Positions 30,096 through 40,022 of a stretch of 64,000 nucleotides of DNA are shown here, piece after piece. The notes below the pieces were generated by a model. That model was not told the DNA's origin. It did not search any database and saw only the letters and a program-made list of their open reading frames with translations. Source of the stretch: Candidatus Bathyarchaeota archaeon. Lineage in GTDB: Archaea > Thermoproteota > Bathyarchaeia > Bathyarchaeales > Bathycorpusculaceae. How positions within the stretch are numbered: position 1 is the first letter of the stretch; each line of letters opens with the position of its first letter. The stretch covers positions 1-64,000 of the forward strand of contig CAVTBV010000009.1 of NCBI GenBank assembly GCA_963733095.1, in the 5' to 3' direction. The position numbers and the translations under genes were made by a program.

Positions 30096-30136
30096 ATTAC
30101 TACATACTAGGACAGGCTGTACTATACTCTAGGACA
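30096..30136. promoter_or_regulatory. Tandem operator, type B
   Basis: ATTACTA-N5-TAGGACA and TGTACTA-N5-TAGGACA with a 22-bp period. Confidence 0.7.
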
Positions 30137-30219
30137 TAACAAGAGTCAAATAACCGCTTCAGGCTATAAACAGCCAAGAAAAGCGATAAAATCGAGCAAA
30201 GAAAAGTGAGGGAGCTTAA

Positions 30220-30504
30220 ATGAGCAGATTTAGCAAGATAGTCTTATTGGGTATTTTTGACATTATCATAGGTATTACTTTTGTTGCTTCAAACTGGTGG
30301 ATTTGGAATTATCTTGATGGCAAAATAACTGCTAACAGTTGGGGGCCTCTTCAAATAGCTATCGTCCCAAAAACTATTGTCGGGGGAGAAGCAGTTACAA
30401 TTGGCACTTTTACTCTAATACCAAATTATCCCTTTATCTTGTTTTGGGTTGCTCTTGCAGTTAACTTTGTCTTTGTCGTTTTAGCGCTCAAAAACGAGTC
30501 ATAG
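30220..30504 (+). CDS. Small two-TM membrane protein
   Basis: GAGGGAG RBS; two hydrophobic helices. Confidence 0.7.
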   Translation: MSRFSKIVLLGIFDIIIGITFVASNWWIWNYLDGKITANSWGPLQIAIVPKTIVGGEAVTIGTFTLIPNYPFILFWVALAVNFVFVVLALKNES

Positions 30505-30555
30505 GTTAATAGATACACAACAAAAAAAGGAAATCAGGGAGGCTCTGATCTTATT

Positions 30556-31359
30556 CTATGATCTTGTTGACCAATCGTAATGATATCCATTGGTTGCATA
30601 TGTATTCACCATCCAGCCAGAGGAAACACCTCCTGACTGATACAGACCAGTATTCCATTGTCCATTGCTAGCAAGTTTTATGTTTATGCTATCAGCTAAC
30701 GTGATATATTGACCATTTGTTCCCGCAGCCGGTTGGTTGTATGCTTCTGTATTGGAATGAATCATATATCCCTGCCAATTTTGAGAGTATTGGTGAGTTG
30801 CAAAGACGACACCGTTAACATTCCACGCCCATGTGGAATCGCTTGTCCAGTATGTTGCTACCGTAGCAGATGCGGGTCCAGATCCGCTGTATCCAAGGTC
30901 GTAATATGCAAATATAGTACCTAATCCATTGGGGTCTTCAGAGTAACCTGCATAAGCTTGAGTATGCCAAATGCCGCCGTATATTGGCGTATACGTAATG
31001 TCAAGACCGATCTCTGCATAATAATTGCCTTCCCATATCACAACTACATCCACCCAGTATTCTTGAATTTGTGTCCACCAATCGTGGTCAAAATGTACAG
31101 GTTGTGGGTACAAAGTAGTATAAACACCGTTGTAACCACCTAGTCCACTAAGTTGATAGAAAGCCCAATCATTATAGTTGGGCTGACCTAAATCGGGCCC
31201 TGGATTCTGGGTAGTATTTACATCGGCCAAGTCCGGACTTAAAACATGTCCGGGGGGAGCTCTATGGCTAAGGGCTATGCCCGAGGGAGCGCTAGCCAGC
31301 GTTGGAGAAGCAATTAATGGCAGAAATGTTGCAACAAACAGTATTACGACAACTAACAT
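30556..31359 (-). CDS. Secreted neprosin/glutamic-peptidase-like protein
   Basis: Signal peptide, pro-region, YAEIGL...NTEAY two-Glu pattern, WAWNVNG. Confidence 0.55.
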   Translation of the reverse strand: MLVVVILFVATFLPLIASPTLASAPSGIALSHRAPPGHVLSPDLADVNTTQNPGPDLGQPNYNDWAFYQLSGLGGYNGVYTTLYPQPVHFDHDWWTQIQEYWVDVVVIWEGNYYAEIGLDITYTPIYGGIWHTQAYAGYSEDPNGLGTIFAYYDLGYSGSGPASATVATYWTSDSTWAWNVNGVVFATHQYSQNWQGYMIHSNTEAYNQPAAGTNGQYITLADSINIKLASNGQWNTGLYQSGGVSSGWMVNTYATNGYHYDWSTRS

Positions 31360-31443
31360 CGCTTTTTTCGTTTTTTCACCTCTTGCAAGTTATAACCTTG
31401 CAAGCTATGTCTTACTAATCAATAGATAGTTAATACCGTGCAC

Positions 31444-31493
31444 TAGGACAAAGTGTATTGAACTTAGGACAGACCGCTAGACTATTTAGGACA
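31444..31493. promoter_or_regulatory. Three TAGGACA half-sites, type B operator
   Basis: At 31444, 31465 and 31487 (21-22 bp period). Confidence 0.65.
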
Positions 31494-31526
31494 CTAACAA
31501 CAAAAAAATAATTGGAGTTTTTTTCC

Positions 31527-32495
31527 TTAATTTTGCACCCATGTATTCCAGATATAGCTGTAAGAACCCATTACGTGGCTTTCTCTCACTGGAGACGCTG
31601 CACTAAAGCCTGAAGATATACTGTTTGTCCAGTAAGACCAGCCACCTGCGTTATGTACCCAGTTGCGGTTGAACAGTGTAGACGAAGCATCGTTGGTGAA
31701 TGCCCCATTGCTGTATACCTCTTTCTGGAAACCTCCTTGAACAAACAGGCTCGATATGTGTCCGCTTCTAACCCAATTGTAATTTATCCACATATCGTAT
31801 TTCCAGCCACTGCCATCTTGTGTTCCGTCTAGCATTATTGTGTAAGTGTCGGTTGCAGTTGAAGCGGTGTTCTTGTCCATGTAATAGACCATGCTGCCGC
31901 CGTTTTCATCATTGTCATAAGTGTACCACTTGTAAGTTTCGCCTAAGTTGTGGGTAACTACTAGCTCAGCCCAGTTCGTAATGCCATCCAAGTCACCTAA
32001 CTGAACGCATGCATAATGATACTGTGTTTGCCCCGAAGCTACATTCATAGAGCCACAAACCATTTCGGTGCTAACGCCAGTCCATGAGTACCCACTTGTC
32101 CGCATGCTTGAAATCTTTCTCGGTAAAGAAACCATTGGGTTAACAGAATTGCGGTCAATATTAGCAGTGGAGTCCTTTGCTGGTGTGCTAATTGGCAGTT
32201 TAGCTTGCTCTTCGGGAGTCAACGCATGCCCAAGCCATGTTGCACCTGTCTCTGAATCCCAACCCATGTTTAGCTTTCCTAACTCAGTAGTTATTTGGTC
32301 ATTGCTTAATCCTTGTGTTCTAAACTCTTGTATCTTTAAAGTTACTGGGTCAACAAAGTTTTGCGGGGGCTGCCAAGAATCGATGCCTGAAGTTTGGTTA
32401 TCTGTCTGCGCTGCCGTTGTAAGCGTCATCACAGAGAGCATCGAAAAGGCAAGAAGTATTGCAGTTAAACTATAAGCGCTTTTCTTCTTAATCAT
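31527..32495 (-). CDS. Secreted protein with a pro-domain and a neprosin-like beta-sandwich
   Basis: Signal peptide; NWAELVV...FQKEVYS. Confidence 0.6.
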   Translation of the reverse strand: MIKKKSAYSLTAILLAFSMLSVMTLTTAAQTDNQTSGIDSWQPPQNFVDPVTLKIQEFRTQGLSNDQITTELGKLNMGWDSETGATWLGHALTPEEQAKLPISTPAKDSTANIDRNSVNPMVSLPRKISSMRTSGYSWTGVSTEMVCGSMNVASGQTQYHYACVQLGDLDGITNWAELVVTHNLGETYKWYTYDNDENGGSMVYYMDKNTASTATDTYTIMLDGTQDGSGWKYDMWINYNWVRSGHISSLFVQGGFQKEVYSNGAFTNDASSTLFNRNWVHNAGGWSYWTNSISSGFSAASPVRESHVMGSYSYIWNTWVQN

Positions 32496-32539
32496 ATTAT
32501 CACCTCTCTTTGCGCTTTAGATGCTGATAATTAGTATTA

Positions 32540-32580
32540 ACGTCTATAGTCTAGGACAGGGTGTACTACCTGATAGGACA
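32540..32580. promoter_or_regulatory. Tandem operator, type B
   Basis: ACGTCTA-N5-TAGGACA and TGTACTA-N5-TAGGACA. Confidence 0.7.
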
Positions 32581-32622
32581 CAGCGTTTCATTAGCAGGAG
32601 AGCAAATTAACCAAAATTTTTT

Positions 32623-33087
32623 CTATAGTCCACCCTTACGCCACACTTTGATGGCTTCATAGCTAAAAATAGCAACAACTATTATGCTTGCAATTACTGC
32701 GACGAGATAAAATTGGTCAATAACGAGCGGTTTAAGAGTGGTAAGCTCAGCTGCCAGAATAACAACTGCAAATAGCAGATAAAAGAAATATCTGGGAATC
32801 AGAAAATGGCTAATTCTTATGCAGTTATCCAATGCAATCCTGTTAACTACATAGTTGCCGCATTCACGCTTAACTAAACCCAAACTTTCTAACCTAATGA
32901 GGTGGTGCTGAGCTACCGAAGGACTACTGAGTTTCAGCGCTCGTGCAAGTTCCCTAACGCCAATGGGTTTATTAGCCTTTAACATAAAGCGGTAAATATC
33001 AAGTGCAGTTCCTTTCAGAACGTCGCTGGATTCTTTGTCACTCAAAGTTCCCCCCCCCCCTCGAAATCTAAAGTGGTGACATAACAT
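32623..33087 (-). CDS. Membrane-anchored wHTH regulator (paralog of 3251-3691)
   Basis: LKGTALDIYRFMLKANKPIGVRELARALKLSSPSVAQHHL plus two TM helices; alternative start TTG at 33045. Confidence 0.85.
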   Translation of the reverse strand: MLCHHFRFRGGGGTLSDKESSDVLKGTALDIYRFMLKANKPIGVRELARALKLSSPSVAQHHLIRLESLGLVKRECGNYVVNRIALDNCIRISHFLIPRYFFYLLFAVVILAAELTTLKPLVIDQFYLVAVIASIIVVAIFSYEAIKVWRKGGL

Positions 33088-33120
33088 TTAAGCACTTTCT
33101 TTCTATTGGTCACTGCCATA

Positions 33121-33142
33121 AGTGTACAGCAATTAGTACACT
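33121..33142. promoter_or_regulatory. Type B palindrome between the regulator and the divergent membrane gene
   Basis: AGTGTAC-N8-GTACACT. Confidence 0.6.
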
Positions 33143-33196
33143 CTTCCAAAAAATAGCATTAAAATAATAGCGTGTTTGTTTTAAGATAATTAGAGC

Positions 33197-33481
33197 TTGA
33201 AAAATGTGTTAGGATTAAAGACACAAATGGCGCTGGCAGCTATAGCGGCTATACTGTTAGGTCTTTTAGTAGTTGAAGTAGGCTATCTTCTCGCGCCCGC
33301 TAATTCAAACAATGGGATGCCTCTTCCAACGCCTGAGTCATCATTCATAAAAGAACTTATTATGGCGCTCCTCTGGATAGGCTTAGCCGCTCTAATTGCA
33401 TTTACAATAGTGGCTAGTGGAGTCCTTGTAAACCGAGTTATTCACAGGAAAGACCGTTTTGAGGAATTAGATGGCGACTGA
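33197..33481 (+). CDS. Small two-TM membrane protein
   Basis: Two TM helices with a Pro-rich loop; positional counterpart of 2903-3154. Confidence 0.7.
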   Translation: MKNVLGLKTQMALAAIAAILLGLLVVEVGYLLAPANSNNGMPLPTPESSFIKELIMALLWIGLAALIAFTIVASGVLVNRVIHRKDRFEELDGD

Positions 33482-33535
33482 AAAGATAGAAAGTTTTCGA
33501 ATAAGTTTTTATTACCAATCGAAAACAGACCCTGA

Positions 33536-33850
33536 TTAGTGCTCAGTCCTTTTAAATCCTTGATTAGTTTTTAACGGTTCTCCCTTGTACGCCCATGCAA
33601 ACGGCTTAGCAGTTCTATCAAACTGCTCGATGGAAGCTAAAAGCTGACTAGTCAAATCAGGCACAGACTCAAAATCCTGCTTAGACAACAACTGCCTCGA
33701 CAAAATACAAAACCACAACTCAACTGATTAAGCCAAGACGCTTGAGTAGGAGTAAAATGGAAATGAACAGACTTATGTTTATCAACCCACTGCCTAATTT
33801 CCGCAGTCCTGTGAGCACTAAAATTATCCATAATAATATGCAAATCCTTG
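33536..33850 (-). pseudogene. IS630-family transposase remnant
   Basis: LHIIMDNFSAH..HFTPTQASWLNQ, frameshift, then WF..AKPFAW. Confidence 0.85.
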
Positions 33851-33984
33851 TTTTGACCCCTATCGTAGACGTCCTATAGAAAACCAAAAAAACTCCACAT
33901 GCGGATGCTTCTCCTCCTTCTTAGCAAACCTCACCTTCATGAACCTTCAAAGCAGCGTATAGCGCCAAAACGCCATGACGTTTC

Positions 33985-34521
33985 TAACCAAATTCTCTCC
34001 TCTCAACCTGACTACACCACAACGATTGTTAACTTGGGAAACACCTCACAGGAAGTATCGGGCGGTAGCCCAGCGAACGATCAGTATCTTGCTCAACTGC
34101 TAAGCAAACCAGAAGCAAAAGTCTGCGACTCAGTAACAATCCCGTAACCAGCCCTACCTGGAAATCTATCATCATCGGTCCAAACAACCGGCGATTTAAC
34201 GTTGACATTCAAAGGCTATAAAGAACTCACTGTACCTGCAGGCACCTATAAAATGTTTGAGGTAGATTTGACCAGCAACAACCTCGCCATGACCATTAAC
34301 ACACCATCGCCCTCGTTAAAAAATTTAAACGTTACAGCGCCAGTTGAGGCCTCAAACACAACCATGAACACGAACCTGAGTTACCAGATTTACTTTGAAT
34401 ATAACACCATGCACCAAATCCATTCTACGATGCAAGAAACAGCAACTTTCCAATCAACAACCATGAACTATACAATGACAAATTAAATGGATATGACGCT
34501 CAACCGCGATATCCAACCATA
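33985..34521 (+). pseudogene. Fragmented paralog of 24992-25873
   Basis: LAQLLSKPEAKV..; TFKGYKELTVPAGTYKMF; internal stops; 5' end interrupted near the IS630 remnant. Confidence 0.65.
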
Positions 34522-34797
34522 AAAACCCTCACTTTCATTTTTTTGTGACTCCAACTTCGTAAAAGTCAGTCATTTCTGGTTTAAGTTCTCTAATCTTCTT
34601 TTGATGCACCATCACGATATTCATGGCACTACGGGTTCAAAGACAATTGGATCACAAGCTGAATTGGTCCGGTAAGCTATGATTGGGAAACATGGGTACA
34701 AAAATAGCGTAACAAATTAGGTCATTAAACCTTTTTTATTCTTCATCGATGATTTTTAAGATATGATTTTGCTTTAGCTTGATATGAGTTAATGACC

Positions 34798-34837
34798 TGT
34801 CCTACTTTGTGTACGCTTTGTCCTAAAGCATAGCGCT
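34798..34837. promoter_or_regulatory. Tandem operator, type B (TGTCCTA twice)
   Basis: 21-bp period; orientation is flipped to match the + strand gene. Confidence 0.65.
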
Positions 34838-34898
34838 AAATCTCCATGCCCATTAACATAGAAACGCAAGATAAATAGTCTTGACGGAGATAAGAAAC

Positions 34899-35771
34899 AT
34901 GAAACCTAAAATTATGTCAATCGGAGCAATTTTGATTCTATGTTTGCTATCTATACCAGTACTTTCAATGGGAATACAAACTGCGAGTGCTACGAACTAT
35001 GGCGCTGGTGTCTTCTGCCCCAACAATTGGTCACCAGACCCGCCCCCTAACGGCGCTGGCGACACAGCCAATGAACTATCGTTAACACAACAAAGTTGTC
35101 AGTATATATACAACTATCTCGATGCCCATTACGATGGCACCTGCTATTTTTATTATGGCGACACTACTCCTCCTAATCCCCCTTCCAACCCTAGAGTTTA
35201 TCCGAGCACCTACTACAATACGCTTACCACCTTAGAGCAAAGCAATAACAAAGTTACAGTTTTTTCAAAAGGCCACTGTGTTCCTTGGGGGAATGGCGCT
35301 CACTATGAATTATTATGCACAGATAATCCTGATGTTGCAACTGACAACAGTATCTTTTTAGCCACCAATCAGGCAAAATGCCATTTTGACTTTATTTGGC
35401 ACTGCGGCACATCAAGAAGTTACCCTGTTGCATACCCATATTCAGATGCTTATGGATACATCGGAATGCCCTTAGCCTTTACACATCGCGTTGATATGAC
35501 TAAGTACGGCACTAGCGGTCCAGCTGTCTATGCAGGTTGGGATTGGACGTCACCTCAATTTGAGAATCGTATCCCCCAAAATACCAATTGGCAATGGGCT
35601 CAATTTGCTACAGCAGTCTTCTACTATATGCACAACAACCCTACTTGGAGTCTTGGAACTACTCTAAACTATTTGGCAACTACTATCTATGGATCCGCCA
35701 ACTTCCAAAGCTGCCCGCTTAACAACCAGTTGGTTGTATGGGGCAACATGAACATGGTACTATCATATTAG
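34899..35771 (+). CDS. Secreted protein, possible clan-CD (caspase/gingipain-like) Cys peptidase fold
   Basis: Signal peptide; VFSKGH...FIWHCGT His/Cys spacing, AVYAGW, VVWGN. Confidence 0.5.
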   Translation: MKPKIMSIGAILILCLLSIPVLSMGIQTASATNYGAGVFCPNNWSPDPPPNGAGDTANELSLTQQSCQYIYNYLDAHYDGTCYFYYGDTTPPNPPSNPRVYPSTYYNTLTTLEQSNNKVTVFSKGHCVPWGNGAHYELLCTDNPDVATDNSIFLATNQAKCHFDFIWHCGTSRSYPVAYPYSDAYGYIGMPLAFTHRVDMTKYGTSGPAVYAGWDWTSPQFENRIPQNTNWQWAQFATAVFYYMHNNPTWSLGTTLNYLATTIYGSANFQSCPLNNQLVVWGNMNMVLSY

Positions 35772-35786
35772 GAGTGAAAATAAAAA

Positions 35787-36923
35787 ATGAAACAACTAAA
35801 CAAAGTAATATGTGCGATCTTTATACTATCAATCATAACAATGCTTGGCGGAGTTTCTTTGGTGCACTCGTCAGTCTCAACAGCTCAAGATAAAGCATTA
35901 GCCTTCATAAAAAACGTGCTACCGTTTGATACTACGCAATATAATATAACACTTCGGAATTATGATGTGCCAAAACTACCTGACCTTGGTTCGACTCAAC
36001 CTATCAATGGCCAACAAGAAGTTCTAACGTACTCTTTGGAATCAAAAGATAGCGCTGTGGATGTGATTTGCACTATACAAAATAATGCTGTATCTATGGT
36101 GGCCGCATATGTTGTTAAAGGAAATGCCATTAGCGACCAATCATACAATAATGTAGTCGATGCCGCCAAGGGTTTTCTACAGAAATACCAAGCCTACTCT
36201 GGGATGGACTCAAAAAACATGATCTCCATGCTGTCAAATGTCTATTCAATCAACAATGCAACTGTCACATCTGACAACCTTGAGCTTAATATAACCCACA
36301 TTGATGCAACTGGCACCTTCTTTGGTGACTCAATTGACTATCGTTGGGTACAAACTTTCAATGGATGCGAGTATCTATCATTAGACGTTAGCTTCAAAGA
36401 CGGCGTATTCTCAGGCCTAATCGACGGTCGAGCCGTGAATTCAATAGGCGATACGAGCGTAAACATTTCTAAAGAACAAGCCATAAAAATTGCAATGAAT
36501 GCAATACAGAACTACTCATATCGCATGTCAGATGACTGGGTTGTAACGGGGTTCAATGTCACTCAGAATAAAGCAGTTACAGTCTTACACCCGCTGGCAA
36601 AAGAAGCCAATGTCTTGTACCCCATTTGGACTGTCACCCTACCCCTTAACGGAACATATCCTGGTAGTGTCACAGAACTCTTAGTCGAAGTCTGGGCTGG
36701 TACAGGAGAAGTACATCTCGTACAACACCAAGCTTACGGCGGAGCTGACCTTCCTCCAGTTGACAGTGCAGACTCTGGATTACCAACGACATCACCATCA
36801 TCTCAATTGACCAATACCAATGAGGCACCACTGAACCTCGGCATAGTAGCTATACTATCGGTCATAGTAGTCGTAATTGTAGTAGCAACAATTACATTGA
36901 TAGTCAAAAAAAGAAGTAAATAG
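35787..36923 (+). CDS. Exported protein with PepSY-like repeats and a C-terminal TM anchor
   Basis: ISKEQAIKIA..YPIWTV..VEVWAGTGEV; C-terminal TM plus KKRSK. Confidence 0.7.
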   Translation: MKQLNKVICAIFILSIITMLGGVSLVHSSVSTAQDKALAFIKNVLPFDTTQYNITLRNYDVPKLPDLGSTQPINGQQEVLTYSLESKDSAVDVICTIQNNAVSMVAAYVVKGNAISDQSYNNVVDAAKGFLQKYQAYSGMDSKNMISMLSNVYSINNATVTSDNLELNITHIDATGTFFGDSIDYRWVQTFNGCEYLSLDVSFKDGVFSGLIDGRAVNSIGDTSVNISKEQAIKIAMNAIQNYSYRMSDDWVVTGFNVTQNKAVTVLHPLAKEANVLYPIWTVTLPLNGTYPGSVTELLVEVWAGTGEVHLVQHQAYGGADLPPVDSADSGLPTTSPSSQLTNTNEAPLNLGIVAILSVIVVVIVVATITLIVKKRSK

Positions 36924-37040
36924 AACTCCATTTTCTTTTCTTTTTTAAAATTTTCAACGGAAACTTCACTAACTTATGTTGTAGTCACTGAGTCGTGAAA
37001 TTGGCAAAAACTTTTATGCTATCTCTATTGATGTAGAAGC

Positions 37041-37140
37041 GGTTAAGGGTTAGCTTTTAGAAGTTAGTAACCCCTTTCGAAAAACATCATCCGATCCTTA
37101 ATCATGGCACCTCCAGCCCAAGGCGTGCCATCACCTTCTA
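37041..37140 (+). ncRNA. Putative structured small RNA, copy 2
   Basis: Stems 37041-37050/37094-37103 and 37104-37110/37125-37131; homolog of 22286-22385. Confidence 0.55.
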
Positions 37141-37271
37141 TTTGCATTTATCAACACTGATTAAGTCAGCAAATAAAGAACTATTGCAAAGCAAGCAAAA
37201 AATTACTAAAGGCGTGATTGAATTGCCTAAGCGATTTCTGAGTTTAAGTTCCGACCCCTTTTAGGGGCTAG

Positions 37272-37288
37272 TCCCAGCGGGCCCGCCA
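37272..37288 (+). repeat. attR (tRNA 3' fragment plus CCA)
   Basis: TCCCAGCGGGCCCGC identical to 1-15, followed by CA; no tRNA 5' half upstream. Confidence 0.88.
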
Positions 37289-37512
37289 CCCCAGTGCGAA
37301 TTTGTACTTCTCAGTTATGAGCTAAAAAGAGAAGAAGTCGGTACCTCAACTCAAAAGAACCACGATATCCTGCGAAAGATATAGTGTGTTGCAGCAAAGC
37401 ACAAGGGAATGCAAATGATTTCAAAGCGTGCGCCAAGGACGTCCTTGAGAAGGGAAGCAGTTAGTTTTCTTGAGAAATGGGACGAAATTTAGTCACTATT
37501 ATAAAAAACGTT

Positions 37513-38118
37513 CTATCTTGTGTTTTCTTTCTCTATTTTTTCAAATAATTTAATAAACATTTGCTCAGGCTGCGCACCTACAATTGTGTATTCATCATTT
37601 ATGACAAATGTGGGAACACCAGTAACATTGCGTTCTCTTGCTTCAAGACAATTATTAGCATATATCTTTTCAAGCAAAGGGTCTATCAACGCTCTTTCAA
37701 CATCCTGTTTTGTCAAACCAATTTTCTTCGCTACTTCAACTACGACCTCTTCTTTTCCGATGTCAAGACAGTCTTCAAAATAGGCTTTGAATATTGCATC
37801 TGTAAATTCCTCGTTTTTCCCAATTTTTCTTGAATATTCACCTACAATCAGAGCTTTTCTAGAATTAGGCAGTATTCTAACATCACAAAAATTCAGACCG
37901 TATTCTTTGCCCCTACTTCTCAAATGTTCGTACATTTCATTTGTTTTGGAGATGTATTTTCTTAAATCGACTCCACTGATGGGAGTTTCTGGATGGATTT
38001 CAATTCCAACGTGTTCAATTTCAATATCAAATCGATTCTCAAGGTTGTCAATAATTGCTTTGCCAAGATAACAGAAAGGGCAAATGTAATCTGAAAACAT
38101 CTTAACTTTTATTTTCAT
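37513..38118 (-). CDS. DsbA/FrnE-family thiol oxidoreductase
   Basis: FSDYICPFCY, VTGVPTF, IVGAQP. Confidence 0.92.
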   Translation of the reverse strand: MKIKVKMFSDYICPFCYLGKAIIDNLENRFDIEIEHVGIEIHPETPISGVDLRKYISKTNEMYEHLRSRGKEYGLNFCDVRILPNSRKALIVGEYSRKIGKNEEFTDAIFKAYFEDCLDIGKEEVVVEVAKKIGLTKQDVERALIDPLLEKIYANNCLEARERNVTGVPTFVINDEYTIVGAQPEQMFIKLFEKIEKENTR

Positions 38119-38232
38119 CCAATCACCGCAGTGAATATCTATTTCATGTTCTTCCATAATAATAATTATTTTTTTAAAATTATGGAATATCAGGACAAGT
38201 TAGCAAGCCATTGTCCTTATCGAGCTGGGTTT

Positions 38233-39670
38233 TCAGATGGGTTTCTTACCGATAATTGGTTTGCCTCGAACTAGAGAAGTAATAACGCCTGCTGCCGATA
38301 TGATGGCAGCAATGACAAATGCCCTCTGCATTGCTTCAACAAACCCTTCAGTTGCCACCCCTAAGGTTGATGGGTTAACGCCCACGAAAAGAGCAGAAAG
38401 CATGCTACTAGATATGAAAGTGGCAAAAATCGCACTCATCAAGGCTAGGCTCAGTGACTGCCCCAAAAACCGCATCGTTGCCAATGTTCCAGACGCTATA
38501 CCAAGCCGACTTTTCTCAACAGACCCCATTACAGCACTAGTGTTAGGAGAAGAGAAAAGCCCCATTCCAAACCCGATGATAAACAACCTGAGAGCAACAT
38601 CAACCGACGAAGAACTAAGACTCAAAGTGCTCATCAACAAAAGCCCCACACATATCACAGCCATACCTGAGGACGCCAATGTACGTGACCCAATCCTATC
38701 GGAAAGCCAACCGCTTACGGGCGATAAAACCGCCATTGTAACCGGCATAATGAACAATATAACCCCTGCCTGCAAAGGAGAATAGCCCAAAGCACGCTGA
38801 AGGTAGAAAGATATGAAAAAGCTTACACCGAAAAAATGAGGTATAGTTCAACAGCGCAGAGGTATTAGCCGCTGAAAACAATCTGTTGTGGGAAAACAGC
38901 GAGACATCCAGCATGGCTTCGTCTCCTCTGCTTCTCTCGAAAAATACGAACATAACTAAGAAAACACTTCCAGCAATCAAAAGACTAACTGTCAAAAATG
39001 AGCTCCACCCGTAAATCCCGCCCACTGTTAAGGCGAGAAGAAGAGGAACAATCCCAAACGAAAAAGATAAGGCACCAATCAAATCAAATCGTTTTTGACT
39101 CACTACTGGAGGCTCACGCATCTTCCAAAGGGACATAACTATCACGAATAGCCCTATCGGAATATTGATGTAGAAGATCGTGCGCCAACCGACTGCACCA
39201 GTTAGAAAACCACCCAAACTTGGACCAACCGCAAGTCCCACATAGACCGCCATGGCGTTTATTCCAAGAGCTTTCCCTCTTTCTTTACCAGGAAACAGGT
39301 CAGTGACTATCGCAGGTGAAGTGGACGCCATAAAAGCAGCTCCAGCACCCTGAATAATCCTAAAGACTATCAGTTGCAGTCCACTAGTTGAAATACTGCA
39401 AAGGAAAGAGGCCAATGTGAATATGGCAAATCCAGAAATGAAAAAGGGCTTTCTTCCTCTCATATCTGAAAGCCTTCCTATACTCAGCAACATAACCGTG
39501 AGGGCTGCTAAGTAAGCTGTGGGCACCCAGATTGCCATTGCATAATCCATGTTTAAACTTGAGGTTATTGAAGGAAGAGAAACGCTGACTATAGAGCTAT
39601 CAAGAGGAGACATAAAGGAGCCTATTGAAGTCATCATCAAAATAATCCATCGATAGGAACTCGTGCTCAT
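38233..39670 (-). pseudogene. DHA2 (EmrB/QacA) MFS transporter with a single +1 frameshift
   Basis: LDSSIVSVSLP, GRLSDMRGRK; extra T in the run at 38831-38836 (could be an assembly error). Confidence 0.85.
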
Positions 39671-40001
39671 TTCTAAGCTCCAAACGTTAAATGGGACACG
39701 ATATGCAGTCCAGAAATATTAGCTTTCAGTGTGTAACTTTGAAAAAGTTCAGGTGTGGACTTTTCGAAAAATGAATCAAAATCGTATATCGCACTCGCTA
39801 TCAAAAAAAAACCCAGATGCACAGGAAAAAACCATTTTTGATCCATCAAGAACTGGGCGTGTTTTACGAATTAGTAGTTGACTCCAAAAGAAAAAAAGAG
39901 AATCGTGAGTGAATATCTCAACTTGTCCTAGGGTTCAAAACCCAGCGACCCCCTATTCGTTTGCGGTTAAAATAAAGGATTCGCTTAACAGTTTAAACGC
40001 A

Positions 40002-40022
40002 TCCTAGCGGGTCCACCACCCC
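40002..40022 (+). repeat. Degenerate tRNA-3'/att-like sequence
   Basis: TCCTAGCGGGTCCACCACCCC versus TCCCAGCGGGCCCGCCACCCC at 37272 (3 mismatches in 21). Confidence 0.55.

Larger units (their letters stand above)
1..37288. mobile_element. tRNA-targeting integrative element / genomic island (~37.3 kb)
   Basis: Integrase at the left end, exact 15-bp tRNA-3' direct repeat at both ends, and cargo rich in hypotheticals, transposases and pseudogenes. Confidence 0.88.

Noticed and set aside
28976-34837. Periodic TAGGACA repeats as a CRISPR array
   Set aside because: The repeats are only 7 bp, occur 2-3 per site and sit only upstream of genes; no cas genes are present. They fit operators better.
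39931-40022. Intact tRNA gene
   Set aside because: Only 3' fragments are present; there is no D-arm or anticodon arm.
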